In this document: positions 24,241 through 38,326 of the stretch, one piece after another
How positions within the stretch are numbered: the stretch's first letter is position 1
Layout: every line of letters starts with the position of its first letter
Assembly (NCBI GenBank): GCA_964106645.2
Contig: OZ067052.1
Length of the DNA: 64,000 bases
Origin: Podarcis pityusensis
Lineage: Eukaryota
Strand: one strand, 5' to 3'
Translations under genes and position numbers: made by a program
The notes under the pieces: generated by a model
The model's database searches: none
What the model saw: only the letters and a program-made list of their open reading frames with translations
Told to the model about the DNA's origin: nothing

Positions 24241-26337
24241 CACAAAACAGAGCAACACCATAAGGACATAAGAGGGAGTGTTGCTGGATGAGGCCAAGCG
24301 CTCATCTAGAATGACATCCTGTTCTTGCAGTGGCTGTGCGTCCACTCTTTCCTGCAAACATTGGGGGAATCAGCTGAACAGACCAGAAAAGGGGCAGTCA
24401 GGAGTGGGTGGGAGCAGAACAGAAAGCATTTGCTGGCCTTGAATATAAAACCATTGAATTCCATTTGGCAAATCTTCCGGAAAAAAAGGTTAGCACCTGG
24501 ACATCCACAAATCCTTCTCTGAACTCTTACCTATTTTGCATTCGTTTAAAGAAGAAGAAACAAAATAGATTCTCTTCTACCTCCCCTGGGCTTTGGCGCT
24601 GAAAAATGCAGAGGCAATTGATCAGCTGCCAGCTGTCTGCCCCAGCTCCTTAGAATAAAGCAGCAGCAAGTCTTTAATATCTGTCTATATCTTCTGCAAA
24701 ACATCCATCGGGTCACAAAATACGCAGCCGGTTAAAGGATAGCAGGCGGGGGGGGGGAGCCTCCAAACACACTCATCTGTTCTGAAAGCACCGCTTTGCT
24801 ATTTTTAGACACCCCATAATACTCCCCAATACCCATTCAGTTTAATGGCTTTATTGAGGAGAAGAACTGGGGCTCCCTGGTTCGTGGCACTTCTGATGTT
24901 AGGAAGTAGTAAAAATCTTCTAACTGGTTAAAAATGACACTCGTCCAATTGCCTTTGGTGTGTCTAAAACCTTAATTGTCGTCACCCAGCCTGCTGGATG
25001 TAAAGATTCTCGCCGGTTTTCATAGCTTTGATTTCTACTTTCTTCTCCCCATAATTGAGGTGTTACATTACATGGTGCTGTGCTTGGCATTTTCAGAAAG
25101 GGGCAAGGAGCTGGACACCTAAGCACTCTGACGACCAAGAAGCTTTGCATACAAAACAGGAGGGGGAAAAAACTTCTTCCTGGGTGGCATTCAGAGTTTC
25201 CCTTCATCTTTTTCTCTTTCATTTTAGGCCACGCAAGAAGCAAGTGCACTAAACTGTGCACTTTTCCTGTATTATTATCAGAGTATTATTAAAGTGTACC
25301 TGGCAACTAAAAATGACATCAAAATTGCTGCCTGAGAAACTAGAAAGATCTGGGTTGTAACGGAGGAACTGAAAACAGGTAATGTTGAGAATACACAACC
25401 GGCGATTAAAGTTTCAGGCAAAGGTGGGGGAGAAGGTAAGATCACTAAGCAGAATTGCTGTCTATAGCCACCATTAGTTTAATTTTATGGGGAAGCAACA
25501 GGCATAAGTTGCTATAGCACAAGAGACATATTCTTCTTTCAGCAGAGGCCAACCAAAAGATGATTCCGACTTCCCAAACAGCCCCATTTTTCTTTTAAGT
25601 AAGTCAGTTCAAATTTACAATTCCATGTTCTCAAGCAGATCACTGAAGAGCATCTGTTCAAACACTAAAATGACCTCGACATTTTTCTCTCTCCCCTTTG
25701 TTTAGGTGTACGAATGCCTTATGTGAATCTGCCTGCCCCTCACCCCACCCTCTGCCGCTGTCCACTACAAGGCCAGGTAAACAATGATTCATATTTTCCC
25801 AAACCTAGCCATTTTATAATTTAGCAAGGTGCCCGTTGTTCTGTATCCATTAAACTGTTCTTAACTGCGGCGACATTTGAGGAGGAGGAGGATGGAAGGA
25901 GATGAAGAGTGAGAGAACGATGGGAAGGAACTGTAAGAAGGTAAGTCAGGAAGGATTCAGAATGGTCAGATAAGGGACTTGCAGATTTTGCCAGGAACAG
26001 GAGTCACACTAAGAGACACCAGGAGAAGAATGCCATCTCTTCCAAGTTCAGCTAAGTCAACAGCACTTGTGAGGACAGGTGAAAAGATGAATAAGCTTGA
26101 AGCAGCATTCACTTCAGGGTAGGAGTGATACAACACTTACCACCTCTTAGGCATAAGAGTAAGACCATTTCTCACCTGTACTACCAAGACATCTTAATGC
26201 TAGTGCTGCTTTCTTTGGCAGCATAAGCCTGTTTGCCAAAACCCATTCAATGTGTCTATTCCTGTTGCTGATACCCTTTATGGGTGCCAACAAAGGCCTA
26301 CCCCATTGGCCGGCCTTCTGCATTCATCCTTCTAGAG

Positions 26338-26757
26338 CAGGGACGTCCAACTCCCAATGGACTGTGATCTACTCATATAAAATGGAGGGATGTCCCATTT
26401 TTTTTGGGGGGGGGGGAGTTTCAGGTCAAAGTTGTTGAGCTTTTTTGGGGAGGAAAGTCCCGGTTTTTTTGAGGGGGATGTTTCAGGTCTAAGTAGCTGA
26501 GATTTATTTTTTTTTTTAGGGAACAATATCACATTATGGAGAGGGAAATTTCTGAATTGAGTAAGGGGGAAAGTCACTCATCAACAGGTTGCTAAAGAAA
26601 CAATCTGCCTCACAGCAAAAACTCCATCTGTCGTTTCAGCGATCGTGAAAAAATGGAGGATGAGCCAAGGGGGTGGGGCTGGATGCTATTATGCCACCGC
26701 AAAGGAACCTCCTGGGGATTGACCAGTCGAACGCGACTGACCTGTTGGACATCCCTG
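26338..26757. mobile_element. 420 bp non-autonomous hAT element
   Basis: Perfect 8 bp TSD ttctagag (26330-26337, 26758-26765), TIR cagggacgtccaac / gttggacatccctg. Confidence 0.9.
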
Positions 26758-28064
26758 TTCTAGAGCAACTGATCAGTACAAGGGCTCCACCCTGGAGGGA
26801 AGTGACAATCAACAGATATATCAATGGAACACATGGGATTGCTTAAGGGCTCCCAGGCCCTTCTTCCTTGTTCAAGCTGATTGGCTCCATTCACAGTGCG
26901 TGGGCTGTCAACCATAAGCAGATGCTGGCTTTCCTGCCAATCACATGAGCAGCGACCCACATCCCTTCTGTATAAAGAAAGGAGAAGTGGAAGAGTTGCC
27001 AGTTCCCAGCTTGTGCCCAGAGGATTAGTAACCCAGGGATGTCACAAAAACATTTAGGAGAGCCAGTCCATGAAGCCACCTCAAGATGTAATGCTGTCTT
27101 CAATGGACTGGTATGACTTAAATGGTTTCGCTTGCACCCGGATTGGAAAGTATAACATCCCAGTCCAAGCTGCTTCATCCCCAATTGTTGCTGCATGTTG
27201 TGTTGAGCAACAATCTGGAAGCAGCTTCTCATAAGGCCAACTGATTAACCCAACCGATTCAGATCTACTGAAAAGAAAGAAAGCTGGAGTATCAGCATTT
27301 AGCCTCCCGAACACACCTTCTGGAAAGGTATTTTGAAGATGATCCTATCATGCGGAAGGTCTGGCTGGTGATATCTAGCCCAGCATCCTCTTCTCACAGT
27401 AGCCAACCAACGCCCCAGTGGGAAGTACACTGGGGTTATTTTTGAACTGGAAAGTAAATCTTCCCTGGGTCAGACCAGCTGGTGATTCTGGGTTTTATAT
27501 GGTCTCCCACAATGTGGGATTAGTGGCTTGGATCGCTTGCCTGAGTCATCTGGAGTGGTTTGTTTGCTGGACTGTGTCAACATGGTGTGGGTCTGCTTGA
27601 TTTAGCTGGCAGCTTGTGGTTCCTGGTGCTAGGGGATCTGGATGCAAGATACCAAGGAGTTCTCTTATGCAAGCCCATAGAAAGGAATGGGAATAGACAG
27701 TTCCTGGGTGCAATTGCTCTCTAGTGATGTAATAGCTTGCTCCTCAGCTAACAACTGCATTTTTTATTCAGCTTTGTCATGGCCAATTACTAGTACAATT
27801 TAGTTATTTGGATTGGAGCTAACAACTGAGCTTTTTGGCCAAACCAAAAGAAACTAGCAAGATAAGAAGCTGAACTCAGAGTAAGACTATACAGTTTAGG
27901 GGGTGGGATTATGCAGTTAGGACAGTGCCAGACCTCTCTCAGCCCGAGACCTAGGATAGGTGCTGCCAGTCAGAGCGGAATGCATGGAAGCAGATGGGCA
28001 AAGACCTCACCTGGCATAAGGTAGACCTTTCTGCTCCAAAAAGAAAATAATATGGTGGTGGTGA

Positions 28065-28500
28065 GTTGGGATGGGGCATAAGTTCAACTGAGTTCATATT
28101 TAAGAGCTGAAGATTCACATTTTCTGAACGAGCGTGAGAATCGAAACACAGACAGAATCTGAAATTTCTTTGAAATTCGCACTTTTCCAAATTTCGTAAT
28201 GCAGTTCTCTAACCGAACGTTTACAAAACTGCATTTAACAGAGGAAACTGTGGCTAAAAGTGAATGTATTGGTGGAGCTAACATATAAAAAATGCTTGAG
28301 GGAAAACAGTTTGCTAAACTATGTACATTAGCCAAAACTGCAAGCAAAAATGTGTTTTATTAGGAGATATTCGCACGAAAAACCTAAAGGAATTTCATAA
28401 GGATTAGGGGGGGAAACCACAAATGGCTGCAGAAGTATGGAGAACTGAAACGAAGACTGCAAAACTGAGAAACTTGAGGGACCTGAAATGGGTGGATCCT
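28065..28500. mobile_element. AT-rich non-autonomous hAT-type element (same family as 13436, 41703, 53457)
   Basis: gggatgggg start, shared internal gaaattcgcactt...aatgcagttctc and tgcaaaaa-rich repeats. Confidence 0.65.
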
Positions 28501-28960
28501 GCCGAGACCATATAACACTGGTACTGAAAGACTTCAGTTGGCTCCCAGTACGTTTCTGGGCACAATTCAAAGTGTTGGTGCTGATCTTTAAAGCCCTAAA
28601 TGGCCTTGGCCCAGTATACCTGAAGGAGCATCTCCACCCCCATTGTTCTGCCCGGACACTAAGATCCAGTTCCGAGGGCTTTCTGGCAGTTCCCTCACTG
28701 TGAGAAGCGAAGTTACAAGGGAACCAGACAGAGGGCCTTCTCAGTAGTGGCACCCACCCTGTGGAATGCCCTCCCATCAGATGTCAAGGAAAGAAACAAC
28801 TACCTGGCTTTTAGAAGACAGCTGAAGGCAGCCCTGTTTAGGGAAGTTTTTAATGTTTGACATTTTATTGTGCTTTTAATTTTCTGTTGGGAACTGCCCA
28901 GAATGGCTGGGGAAGCCCAGCCAGATGGGCAGGGTAGAAATAATAATTTATTATTATTAT
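28500..28960 (+). mobile_element. L2-clade LINE 3' fragment
   Basis: RDHITLVLKDFSWLPVRFWAQFKVLVLIFKALNGLGPVYLKEHL, with a (TTA)n tail. Confidence 0.9.
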
Positions 28961-29956
28961 TCCACCTCTAGTGGTGAGCTGCTTCCAGCCTGAACCTGGG
29001 CAACGTGACTTCCCCACTAGATGGGACCCTGCAGGAGCTGGGATGTGCTCCTGTGTTGACAGAGAGGACTTACACACAAGCCCTTCAAAACTTGCATCCC
29101 GTTTTTCATCATCACAATGACCATACCGTTAGCATAAAATATAGACCATGCCACCCAAACTGATCAGGGGATAAAGGCACACACCCAGAGACACTCACCT
29201 CTCCCGTATATTTAGCCTGTTTACACTGAAAGCGCCACGAAAATGAACAGTCACGTTCTTGGCATCAACCTCTGCTGTTGAGTTCGGGCCAGAACAACTC
29301 CAAATAGCATCCCCTTTTCCAACCACAGTTTCATAACTCGCATATTTTCTGACGTTGCAATCCTCAGAAATTTCACAGGCACCAGATACTCCCTTCCCCT
29401 GCTAGCCAGTGAGGGCCATGTGCTATTAATTAAAATAAAACATGGGCTATATTTGTATAGTGTGAGTGTTAAAACTGATGAGAAAATTGGGGGAGGGAAG
29501 CAAGAGGAAAAGAAGGAGGAGGGAGACAAATATGGATTTGTAAAAAAAAAAAAGTAAAAAAAGTGGCAAAGCAAATTTATGCATTGCCGTCACTTTACTA
29601 CCTAATTAATTCAGTCATTTTTTTTTAAAAAAAAACAACCACAATTTTATTTATGTTCCATTTACCACATCAAAAGTGCAAAGGGGGGGGGGGAAGAACA
29701 CGCACACACAACAACACTCCCCACACACTGATGCTAAAATAATACCTCAAGGCATCTATTTTTAATCAGTCTAAAAAAACACAAAACGCTGGATTCTATA
29801 CAATCTCTCTTGGGCAGACCACCAACGCTCGGAAAGGGAAACAGCCAAGTCTTCCAAGCGCCCTTGCTGGCTGCTGAAAACTGTTCTTGACAAAAAGAGA
29901 GAGAGGGAGAGAGAGAAAGAGAGAGAGAAAGAAAAAAACCTCACAGAAATCCATAA

Positions 29957-30096
29957 NNNNNNNNNNNNNNNNNNNNNNNNNNNNNNNNNNNNNNNNNNNN
30001 NNNNNNNNNNNNNNNNNNNNNNNNNNNNNNNNNNNNNNNNNNNNNNNNNNNNNNNNNNNNNNNNNNNNNNNNNNNNNNNNNNNNNNNNNNNNNNNN
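29957..30096. other. Assembly gap (140 N)
   Basis: Run of N. Confidence 1.
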
Positions 30097-31564
30097 TGGT
30101 TTCTTCTGTTGCCCACAAAAAGCCACTGGGTTTGCTCTGGTTTAATTTCTCTCTGTGTGTATCTGTTCCTTGCACCCCCAGAAAAGGCCCCCCTCCCCTC
30201 TACACCCAAATTTCACTCAAATTTCACATATATATGATTAAAATCATATTGCATAAAGAAGCAGATGGGATAAAATGTCACACACAGAGACCTTCCCAGT
30301 TTTGCATGTCTCAGATTACTACTACTACTACTACTAATTCTATCACACATATACTCATCAAAAGTGTGTCTTGGTTTTTGTTTTGAATGTACATATAGTT
30401 CAACAACAGACTTCTACGTGGAGCATGACTGTCAGGGTGACGTCATCATACCTAAGGTCTTATTTCATTTTCAAACCTACAGGGTAATGGTCTGGGCCAG
30501 ACTATTAAAGGAATATAATGCCTGCCCCCGACAACTCCCAACGTCCATGTAAGTGAATCCCTTCCTGAAGGATCAGTCACGCAAACCACACTAGACTGTT
30601 GCAATCCTGGTGCAGAAGTAATTGGCATCATCTCCCCAAATCCACATTGGGCAAGGGGGACAAAGACTCTAGGAACAGAGGAAGACATGGAGGGCAGGTC
30701 CCAGGAGCTGAACCAGAGACGCTCTACCACTGATCTAGCAGGCCCTGGCGTCAGGCATTGATAACTATTTCAGGGTCTTCTGCAAACCCCATCCATGTTG
30801 TGGCCGAAAGAGATGGTCCACCCACTCTAAATGGTGCCCAGAGGGCTCATCCTCCCTACTGGAAGCACAGAAGCATCCCCACAACAGCCTTGAAAGGCAG
30901 GCCTGTATGAAGAGTATGACTGCAATGGAGCTGGAGAGTTTTAGATGGCATCCTGTGATCACTTGGTGTCCTCTGAGTTACAGCAGATGTTTGACTGGAT
31001 TCTGAGCCTTCCTGACTCCCCTGAGACGGCTGCTAATGCCTAGATGGCTGCCACTGGACTGTTGTTAGCCAGGGCTCCCGCTTCTTCTCTGGACCAGCTT
31101 TCTGCTGCCTGTCCACACGGCTGCGGTGAGCATCCCGCCCTATGCTAATAGCCGCAAGACAGATGAATGCTCAGGTGTCACTGATAATATGGCTTCTGCC
31201 TCTCACCCTCCCTCCTCTCCGTGAGCAGACAGTGAGGGGCGGCTGAGAGCTTTCTCAGCGCGCCACCAAGACATCAATTCTGCCTCTTGATTTCCTTCAG
31301 ACAACAAGAGCGCGAGGCATGCACGCTCAACGGGCAGCTTCTTTAAAGGGAATTTTAGAAGGGGTGGGTGGGTGGGTAATCAGCATTTTGGAGTGGAAAG
31401 CACAGGGGAGGCAGGCTCAAAGGCACCCGGGCCACTCTTCCCATGAGGAGTGCAGTCAGAGGCTTGTGAATCTGTGGAACACTGCTGAGGATGGAAAGAG
31501 TGGAGCATCTATTTTGGGTCCGTGTGTCATTTTGGTTCAGCAAAATAACAAACAAACCCCCAAA

Positions 31565-31599
<35 letters not shown>

Positions 31600-31750
31600 A
31601 GAAAGTAAGGTTATTACATAATTGCTGCTCCCCCACCCTTAAAGTAATGTTCTATCCAACAGACTGAGCTGGGAAGGGGTGGGGTGGGATGGGGGCGATG
31701 GCAACAAACCCCATTCCAAAAAACCCAACAGCCTGTGTTCCGTTTCAGAA

Positions 31751-31765
31751 GGCACAGAGTGTACT
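31751..31765. promoter_or_regulatory. Steroid response element-like site GGCACAgagTGTACT
   Basis: Matches all eight core positions GnACAnnnTGTnC. Confidence 0.55.
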
Positions 31766-32921
31766 GTACGGCCTATAAAACTCCAAAACAGCCTCCAGAC
31801 ACTTCTGCAATCGTCCTCCATCAAAACACTTTGCCTTGCATACAAAAATAAGATACAGGGCTGAACGGAATACACAATCAGGCCATTACAGTACAGGGAG
31901 GCTGCTACTTAGCAACGAGGGGGCTTTAAAGCTGAGATGCAGGAGAGGAAGCAGAAATCTGTCGAGCCTGTTGGGCAAATGATAAACATTAGCAGGTTTT
32001 TGTTGGGTTGGGTTGGGGGGGGGTTGAAGGGGGAACTACAGAAGCCGTGCAAAAAAAAAAAAGAGGGGGGTGAGGAACAATAGTGTGTGTGCTTTTTTGG
32101 ACTGCGTACATTAAAATAACAAAAGGGGGAAAGGAGAGGGCAAAGGTTCTGAATAAATAAATCAGCTCATCATCTGATCTTCAGCTGACGGCTAGCTGCA
32201 AACATGGTTGAAGTCCCGTTGCCTCCACACCACCCACCGCCCCCAAAGGATGGAAGGGTGTTTTCTAATACAGTGACCTCCGCTGAACTCTTAGAATGTT
32301 CTCTATCTCATGCAGAGGTCTACCAGCTTTTTAAAAAATGAAATGAAATGAAAACATGAAGGGCTGGCCAGAGGGTGGAGAACCCATACAGTTCGCAGAA
32401 CCGCCAACGGCACCGGACAAAAATAATCCATGACTTATTGGCTTTCAGAAGGGTCTCTTGGTGCACGGTCTGGGGGGGGAAGGGGGGGCTCTCGTCAGAA
32501 CGCCGCAAATAGCGGAACGGAAGGGAGCTTTAAAAACAAGAACGAGAGACAGCAAACAGGAGTGCTGAGAAATAAAATGTATTTCATCAGGTAAAGGTTG
32601 CTGGGGGTGGGGGTGCGGGAGGGGAGGGAAACATGCTGGCTGGCTGGCTGGCTGCATCAGCAGCAGCGAAGATCTTTGCCAGAACAGGAGCTCAGACGCA
32701 AAACCATATTATTCTAGTCAGCTTAAACTCTGAAAGCTGGGGGGGGGGGTGGTTTGAAAGGCAGGAAGGCGGGGTGGGGGAGAGAGAAAGAAATGTATTT
32801 TTCATCAGCAAGTGTATAATTTATAAACAGCATTAAACAGTTTGTGTTTTCTTTCTCTCTCTCTCCCCCCCCCCTTCTCTTGGGTTGGACAGCACTCAAG
32901 CCTGCATTAATTTCTGCTCTG

Positions 32922-32936
32922 GGTACAGTGTGTTCT
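32922..32936. promoter_or_regulatory. Perfect consensus GRE/ARE/PRE GGTACAgtgTGTTCT
   Basis: 12/12 match to GGTACAnnnTGTTCT in repeat-free sequence of a known steroid-induced gene. Confidence 0.7.
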
Positions 32937-33387
32937 TGGAGCCGCATCTGCCAGTGATCATAAACTCTCTGGAATGCTGGCAGAACATCCAGACCCTGCC
33001 AGCAAGCCGATGACATCACTCTGGGAATAAATTCGGGATGGCGGCCAAAACTCGAGGCGGCGAGAAGGGGAGGGAAGAAAAGGAAGAGAGTGGTTTTTTT
33101 TTAGAGAGACTCTGGAACAACATGAGCACTTCCTTTTCCTCTTGCTCTTTAAAAAGCCCGCTCCTTTGGGTTGCATCCAACTCACTTTTACTCAGAGTAG
33201 ACCTACTGGAATTAGGGGACCGAAGTCAGCTATGCCTGTTGGCTTCAATGGGTCTGCTCTCAGCATGACGGACATTGAATGGAGGCAACTTAGAGTAGGT
33301 GATGGCCTCCTGTTGTTCGGCTCCAACTCCCACTAGTCCCAGCCAGCGTGGGCAGTGGCCAAGGATGCTGGGAACTGGAGGCCAACT

Positions 33388-33510
33388 GGGATAGCTCAGT
33401 TGGTAGAGCATGAGACTCTTAAGCTCAGGATTGTGAGTTCGAGTCCCATGTTAGATGAAATATTTCTGCATTGCAGGGGATTGGAATAGGCGAGCCTTCC
33501 AATTCTGTGA
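33388..33510 (+). mobile_element. tRNA-Lys(CTT)-headed SINE with CR1 tail, inserted into a small hAT MITE
   Basis: atagctcagttggtagagcatgagactcttaagctcagg...gttcgagtccca, then ttctgcattgcaggggattgga...ccttccaattctgtga. MITE halves lie at ~33305-33386 and ~33510-33545. Confidence 0.85.
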
Positions 33511-36431
33511 ACATATGGAGGGCCCCAGATCAGCCACTCTGATCTAGAGGAAAAGATTTTTAAAGGTGTCCCTAGAACTAGTTGAAAATAAGTCTTTGAG
33601 GGCAACAGTGAAAGGAAGGGAGGGAGAGACCAATGCCAAATGACTCATGTTAAAGGAGGGCTGAGTGGATACCATGGAATATTCATAAACAGTCTCACTG
33701 TTTAGGGGGGGAAAGAAAGCACAAGAATATTGACACACCGTGCCGATTCTTTGAATGATGTGGGAAACTTGTTTGACTAAGGGAAGTGGAGTAGAATAGA
33801 GGCAAGGCACTGGATATTGTGGGTGGAAAGGGTGCAAGGTGCAGGAGCAGGAAAATGAGAAAGTACGGAGTCCAGTGGCAGGAAGAACAAGAGGCAGGAG
33901 GGTGGAGAAGGAAAGGAGGCCAATAAACTCATTCCCCATGAATTCTCCTCATTTCTGAAGCACACAGGCTTTGGTCAAGAAGGTTGCAACTGGGTAGCAA
34001 GAAGATAGTCCTGATTATTATTGGAGGGAAGCAAGACTTGGGGTGTTAGATAGGGTTGCATTTGAGGCCTTGCATCAAAATAAGCAGGATAAGGAGGGCT
34101 GCTGGTAACAGTTCGGTTGCTGTCTCTCCCCCCCCTCCCCATTTAGACCTTCTTTTGTTATCCAGTGCATTTTGCCACCCCTTGTTCAGCAGCCTCATCT
34201 GCACCAGGCTGCCAAATCCACCCGTCTGTCTCTAGCAGGACACTTCTCTATTCTTGTCACACAAGAAGCTGTAGTCGAATAGCCGGCACTGCCTCATCTT
34301 CCCTTCATGGAGACATAAACATCAGAGGGAAGGGAAAGGAAGGCAGCTTCTCCCTTTCAAGGCTCTCATGAAGAAAGAGGAAGTGGGTGACAAGAAGACA
34401 GACCCCCCCGGGACCCCCAAATTTCAATTGCAACCAGTATATTGCTCCAGCAGTCATGGTGCAAAGGTTGCTTGAAGTTGACTGTTCATATAAACAACAA
34501 CAGACCCAGAATGAGCTAAAAGGTGAGACTTCTATGGTGAGGGACTTCTCCATTTACTTATGTCATCAGATCAACAGGTACCATGGACACTCAAGGTGCT
34601 ATATAGATCTATCATAATTTGGGAGGCGTTAAAAAGCATCCTCCACTTTCAAAATGGCATAAGATCTGTGGATCTTGGGGGACGCTGATGGCAACTCACT
34701 CACGGTGGCAAGACTTGGGTCATCAACGTACAACCCAGCTTCAGAGTTTGCCTTTGCAGCCCTGCTCACTGGGAGCAGAAATGCCCCGCCACATTGATGA
34801 GGGCATATGACCGGGTTGGAAAGATCTATGGGGGAAATGGATTGCTGCCACTCTCATTCACCTGAAACCCATCCTCAACCCATCTCTGCAATTGCCAAAA
34901 TAACCCTCACTGAGGAACCGGAGCAGAGATGGGCATCTTGGGCTCCTTATCCTGGCACACTAGTCTACTCCTCTCTGCCCAAAGCAAAAGGGTCACACGG
35001 GTGAGTTAGGAGGCAGAAAGTGTGGCCAATCTGAGTTGGATCCAGAGTTTGTAGTTACCTAATGGGGCCTTAGGAGCATTCCATTTTTACCATATGCCAC
35101 TGCCCCACGTGTTCCATGCCTATGTTAACAAATAGGGTTTGTGTGCTTTGGATACCTATAGTTATTTCAAGCATGCATGCAATGGTTGCTATAAACACTG
35201 CCATGAGAAAGCACACCCACACAAAACTATAGACAGAAAGGACAATGATGGAGTGGTTTTATTGGAGAGTGGCACTGTAAGTATTGATCTTTATGCCACT
35301 TGGTACAACATTTCGCAACACTGTGCCTCTGTGCTCTTTGTAGTGCCCATGTTGTGACTGTCTGCTCATCGGCCTTACAAAGGCACCATATGCAAAAATT
35401 ACATTGTTATTATTTCTAAATATTATTCAGCTCATTATCTGCTTTGCACAAACGTTTCAAGCAAACGTACAAATGCAAGCAAATGCATGATGCAACAGAG
35501 GAAAACAAAATATTTAAAAAACAAAGCAGTCAAACCATAACAACAAGCTCACCGCTACCTAACATGGGTATCGTCAACAAAAAAGGGGAGAGGATAATCA
35601 ACGGCTGGCAGGAAAAGAAACAACACTCAAATGCCGGGGAGAAGAGAACCTATTAGTCTGGCTGTTGTTGCCAGGCGAGCCTCCCTGGGGTGAGCATTGC
35701 ATAGACAGGGAGCCATCACCAAAAAGACCTCTTCATTTTTAGGAATTTGCTTTGGGCATGATCCTCTGGAAGTGGAAGTGGGTAGAAAACACCCCTCGAG
35801 AGCATTCTGAACAGCAAGCTACACCAGCCCACTCATAAGATGAAAGGAAAATGAAAGGGAGATAGAAGAATCCACACCTGGGGCCCAGTAGATATTTTGC
35901 TTACGCACCTACATGGTTTAAGAGTGGATTAGAGAAATTGCTGGAAGAAGAGGGTGCAGGATTAGGAAGGGCTCTTAGCTGCTATGGCTCAGTGGAGATC
36001 TCTTGCTTTCAAGGGACCTGGTTAGCCACTGCACTGCCCCATCTCTTCTGCTTTCCTAAGATTCACTCAGAAATAATCTGGAAGTGTGTTTCTGATTTAC
36101 CCTCCTGGTTCCCAATCCAACAAGTGATCTGTGGTCAGGTTTCCCTAGATGGATCAGGGTGGGGAGCCATCAGACAAGGGTGTTAGCAGAAATATTGTTT
36201 CCTCTTTGCATTATTGTCCCCTTTTCCTCCCTTCTCCAACCACATCCCCCCTTCCAGTTCTGCAAAACTGTGTCGCTAAGATCACATTCACTGCCAATCT
36301 GATTTGGGGAAGATTTCTTGGCTCTAAAACCATGACGACTGAAACCTAGGGATGAACCTAAACCATCACATTATCCCAAATAAAACTATCAGGTTGCCTC
36401 TCTGTCGCACACCCAGAATCCTAGTCAAAGC

Positions 36432-37337
36432 CAGGGTGGATAAAAATCAATGATCTAAATTTAAAAAATAAATAAATCAGATTTTAAAAATTTAAATTGG
36501 ATTTTTAAAATAAAATGCTTTTGTAGGAAAAAATCTTTCTAAAGATAGTTTTCTATTTAAGTTACATTATAGTCAAAAGGAGATTCATCAGGAAATAAGG
36601 ATTTGTTTTAAGTTCTTCATGTGTGCTAAAACTCAGTCTAAGGTGTGGGTTTTTTTAATGTTTAACCACATCAGCTAACAAACATGAATACATATGCTAT
36701 AATGTTATTGTTTTAGTTCAGGGATGTCCAACCAGTAGATCGCAATCTACTGGTAGATCCCTGGCTGATCCTGGTAGATCATGGGATCCTTATCAAGTAC
36801 AAAAAGTTAAGAGGGGAAAGCTTAACAACTCTGGGCAATCCATCCACCCACCTCACGCACAATCCTCCTCCCTCCAGTGACAATGGGTAGACCACTGCCA
36901 GTTTTTTTATACTGGGAGTAGATCGCAGTCTCTTGGGAGTTGGACACGCCTCTTTAGTTAAATAAATTGTTTAAATTGTTATCAAGGAAATTATTATTTT
37001 TCTCCTCCCAATAAAGTACAGCAGAAAAGTTCTCCAAATACAAACAGTTAACTTATTAAACCTCACAATAATTTCATAATTATCACTCTATGTATTTTAA
37101 TAGTATAACCAAATCCTGTAATTTTTGATATAACTGTAAAAAAACCACTCTGAAAATTTATTATTCCAAAAATGAAACCTTCCTCTTGTTGTAAATATTA
37201 AGATTATACCAGCAAGAATTAGTCTTTCTGCAAATAAATAAATAAATAAATAAATCAAGTCTTACTGACTAGTGATTTCAATCGTGATTTCAATCAATTT
37301 GATTTCAATCAATTTGATTTCAATCGAACCCACCCTG
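36432..37337. mobile_element. Non-autonomous hAT element (Tip100/Zaphod-like ends), 906 bp including nested insert
   Basis: Perfect 8 bp TSD gtcaaagc (36424-36431, 37338-37345), ends cagggtgg / ccaccctg, four subterminal gatttcaatc repeats. Confidence 0.9.
36719..36951. mobile_element. Nested hAT MITE related to 26338-26757
   Basis: cagggatgtccaac start, gttggacacgcct end, TSD ttttagtt/ctttagtt, gtagatc subterminal repeats. Confidence 0.85.
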
Positions 37338-37629
37338 GTCAAAGCTAAGCCATTCTTAGGAGCACAGGAAGATGCCTTATATACCATGTCATGTCCTTGG
37401 TCCATCAAGCTCAGTATTGCAGTATTATAGCTGCCCTCCAGGGTTTCATATGGGAGACAAATCCCAGCTGTACCTGGATATGCCCCACCAGGAATCTCAT
37501 CAGCTCTTCTCTCTTTAGGGCTGGTCCATTTGTGAGTGGCTGCATTTCCGGTGGACACAGACTCAGAGAATGGTGAGAAGAGGCCCACAACAAGGATTTC
37601 AGTCCTCCGGCACACGATACAAAGATACA

Positions 37630-38010
37630 CACATTTCTGATGGCAGCGCGGCAGCCCTGACCTCCATAGGGCACGCGGGAACAAGGGCTGCCCTGATCAA
37701 TCCTGTTATTTAATGCGAGGGTTTATCGTTTGCTAATTGATTTCTTAAAATAAAAAAACCTCTATCATCAGGTATTGCTCGTAAACACTTGATTAGTTAA
37801 CGCGCATCCAAAGTGAAATTAAAAAACGCCACACACACGCTGCTCTAACTTCAATTAAGCCCGAGGTTTTACAACGATATAGCCAAATACTACAAAACAT
37901 GTTAAGTGCAGGCAGGGGTGGGAAATGGGACAGACAGCAGATAGGGGGGCTGGCTGGTCCACCTAGGGAGTCAATTTCTAATTAAACAAGTTGTGAATTT
38001 ATCCGAGAGA
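37630..38010. promoter_or_regulatory. Candidate conserved non-coding element (intron 3)
   Basis: Repeat-free and AT-rich with retained CpGs, many TAAT/ATTA motifs, GTAAACA, ATCAAT. Confidence 0.5.
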
Positions 38011-38326
38011 GAGAGAGAGAAAGAGAGAGAAAGAAACAGGTTTTTAAAAAAACAATCTGTTGTTCCAGTGTTAAGAGGAGGCCTTCATTCAGTCAAATCA
38101 GTGTAAGCTTATCTGGGGATGGAGGGAGAGCAAAAAAAGGAGGGTGGGGGCAGAGAAAGTTGGAATAAAACAGCCCAAGGGGGTGCCGGTAGCTTTCATA
38201 AACAACAGCCCTGGAATTTAACGCGGTTGTTTTCGAGCACCAGAGCAGCTCCTCCCTCCCACCCAGGCAGGCAGGAAAGGGGGAAAAAAAAACCTTTCAT
38301 GATGACAAACTTGGCTCAACGCTCAC

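Noticed and set aside
28960-29030. Two CTCF-like cores (ccactagaggtgg on minus, ccactagatggga on plus)
   Set aside because: Both miss the conserved 3' GGC(A/G) positions, so they are too weak to call without a PWM or ChIP data.
37270-37326. Short repeat array (gatttcaatc x4) as a CRISPR-like or functional array
   Set aside because: Subterminal repeats of the TSD-flanked hAT element, no unique spacers, eukaryotic context.
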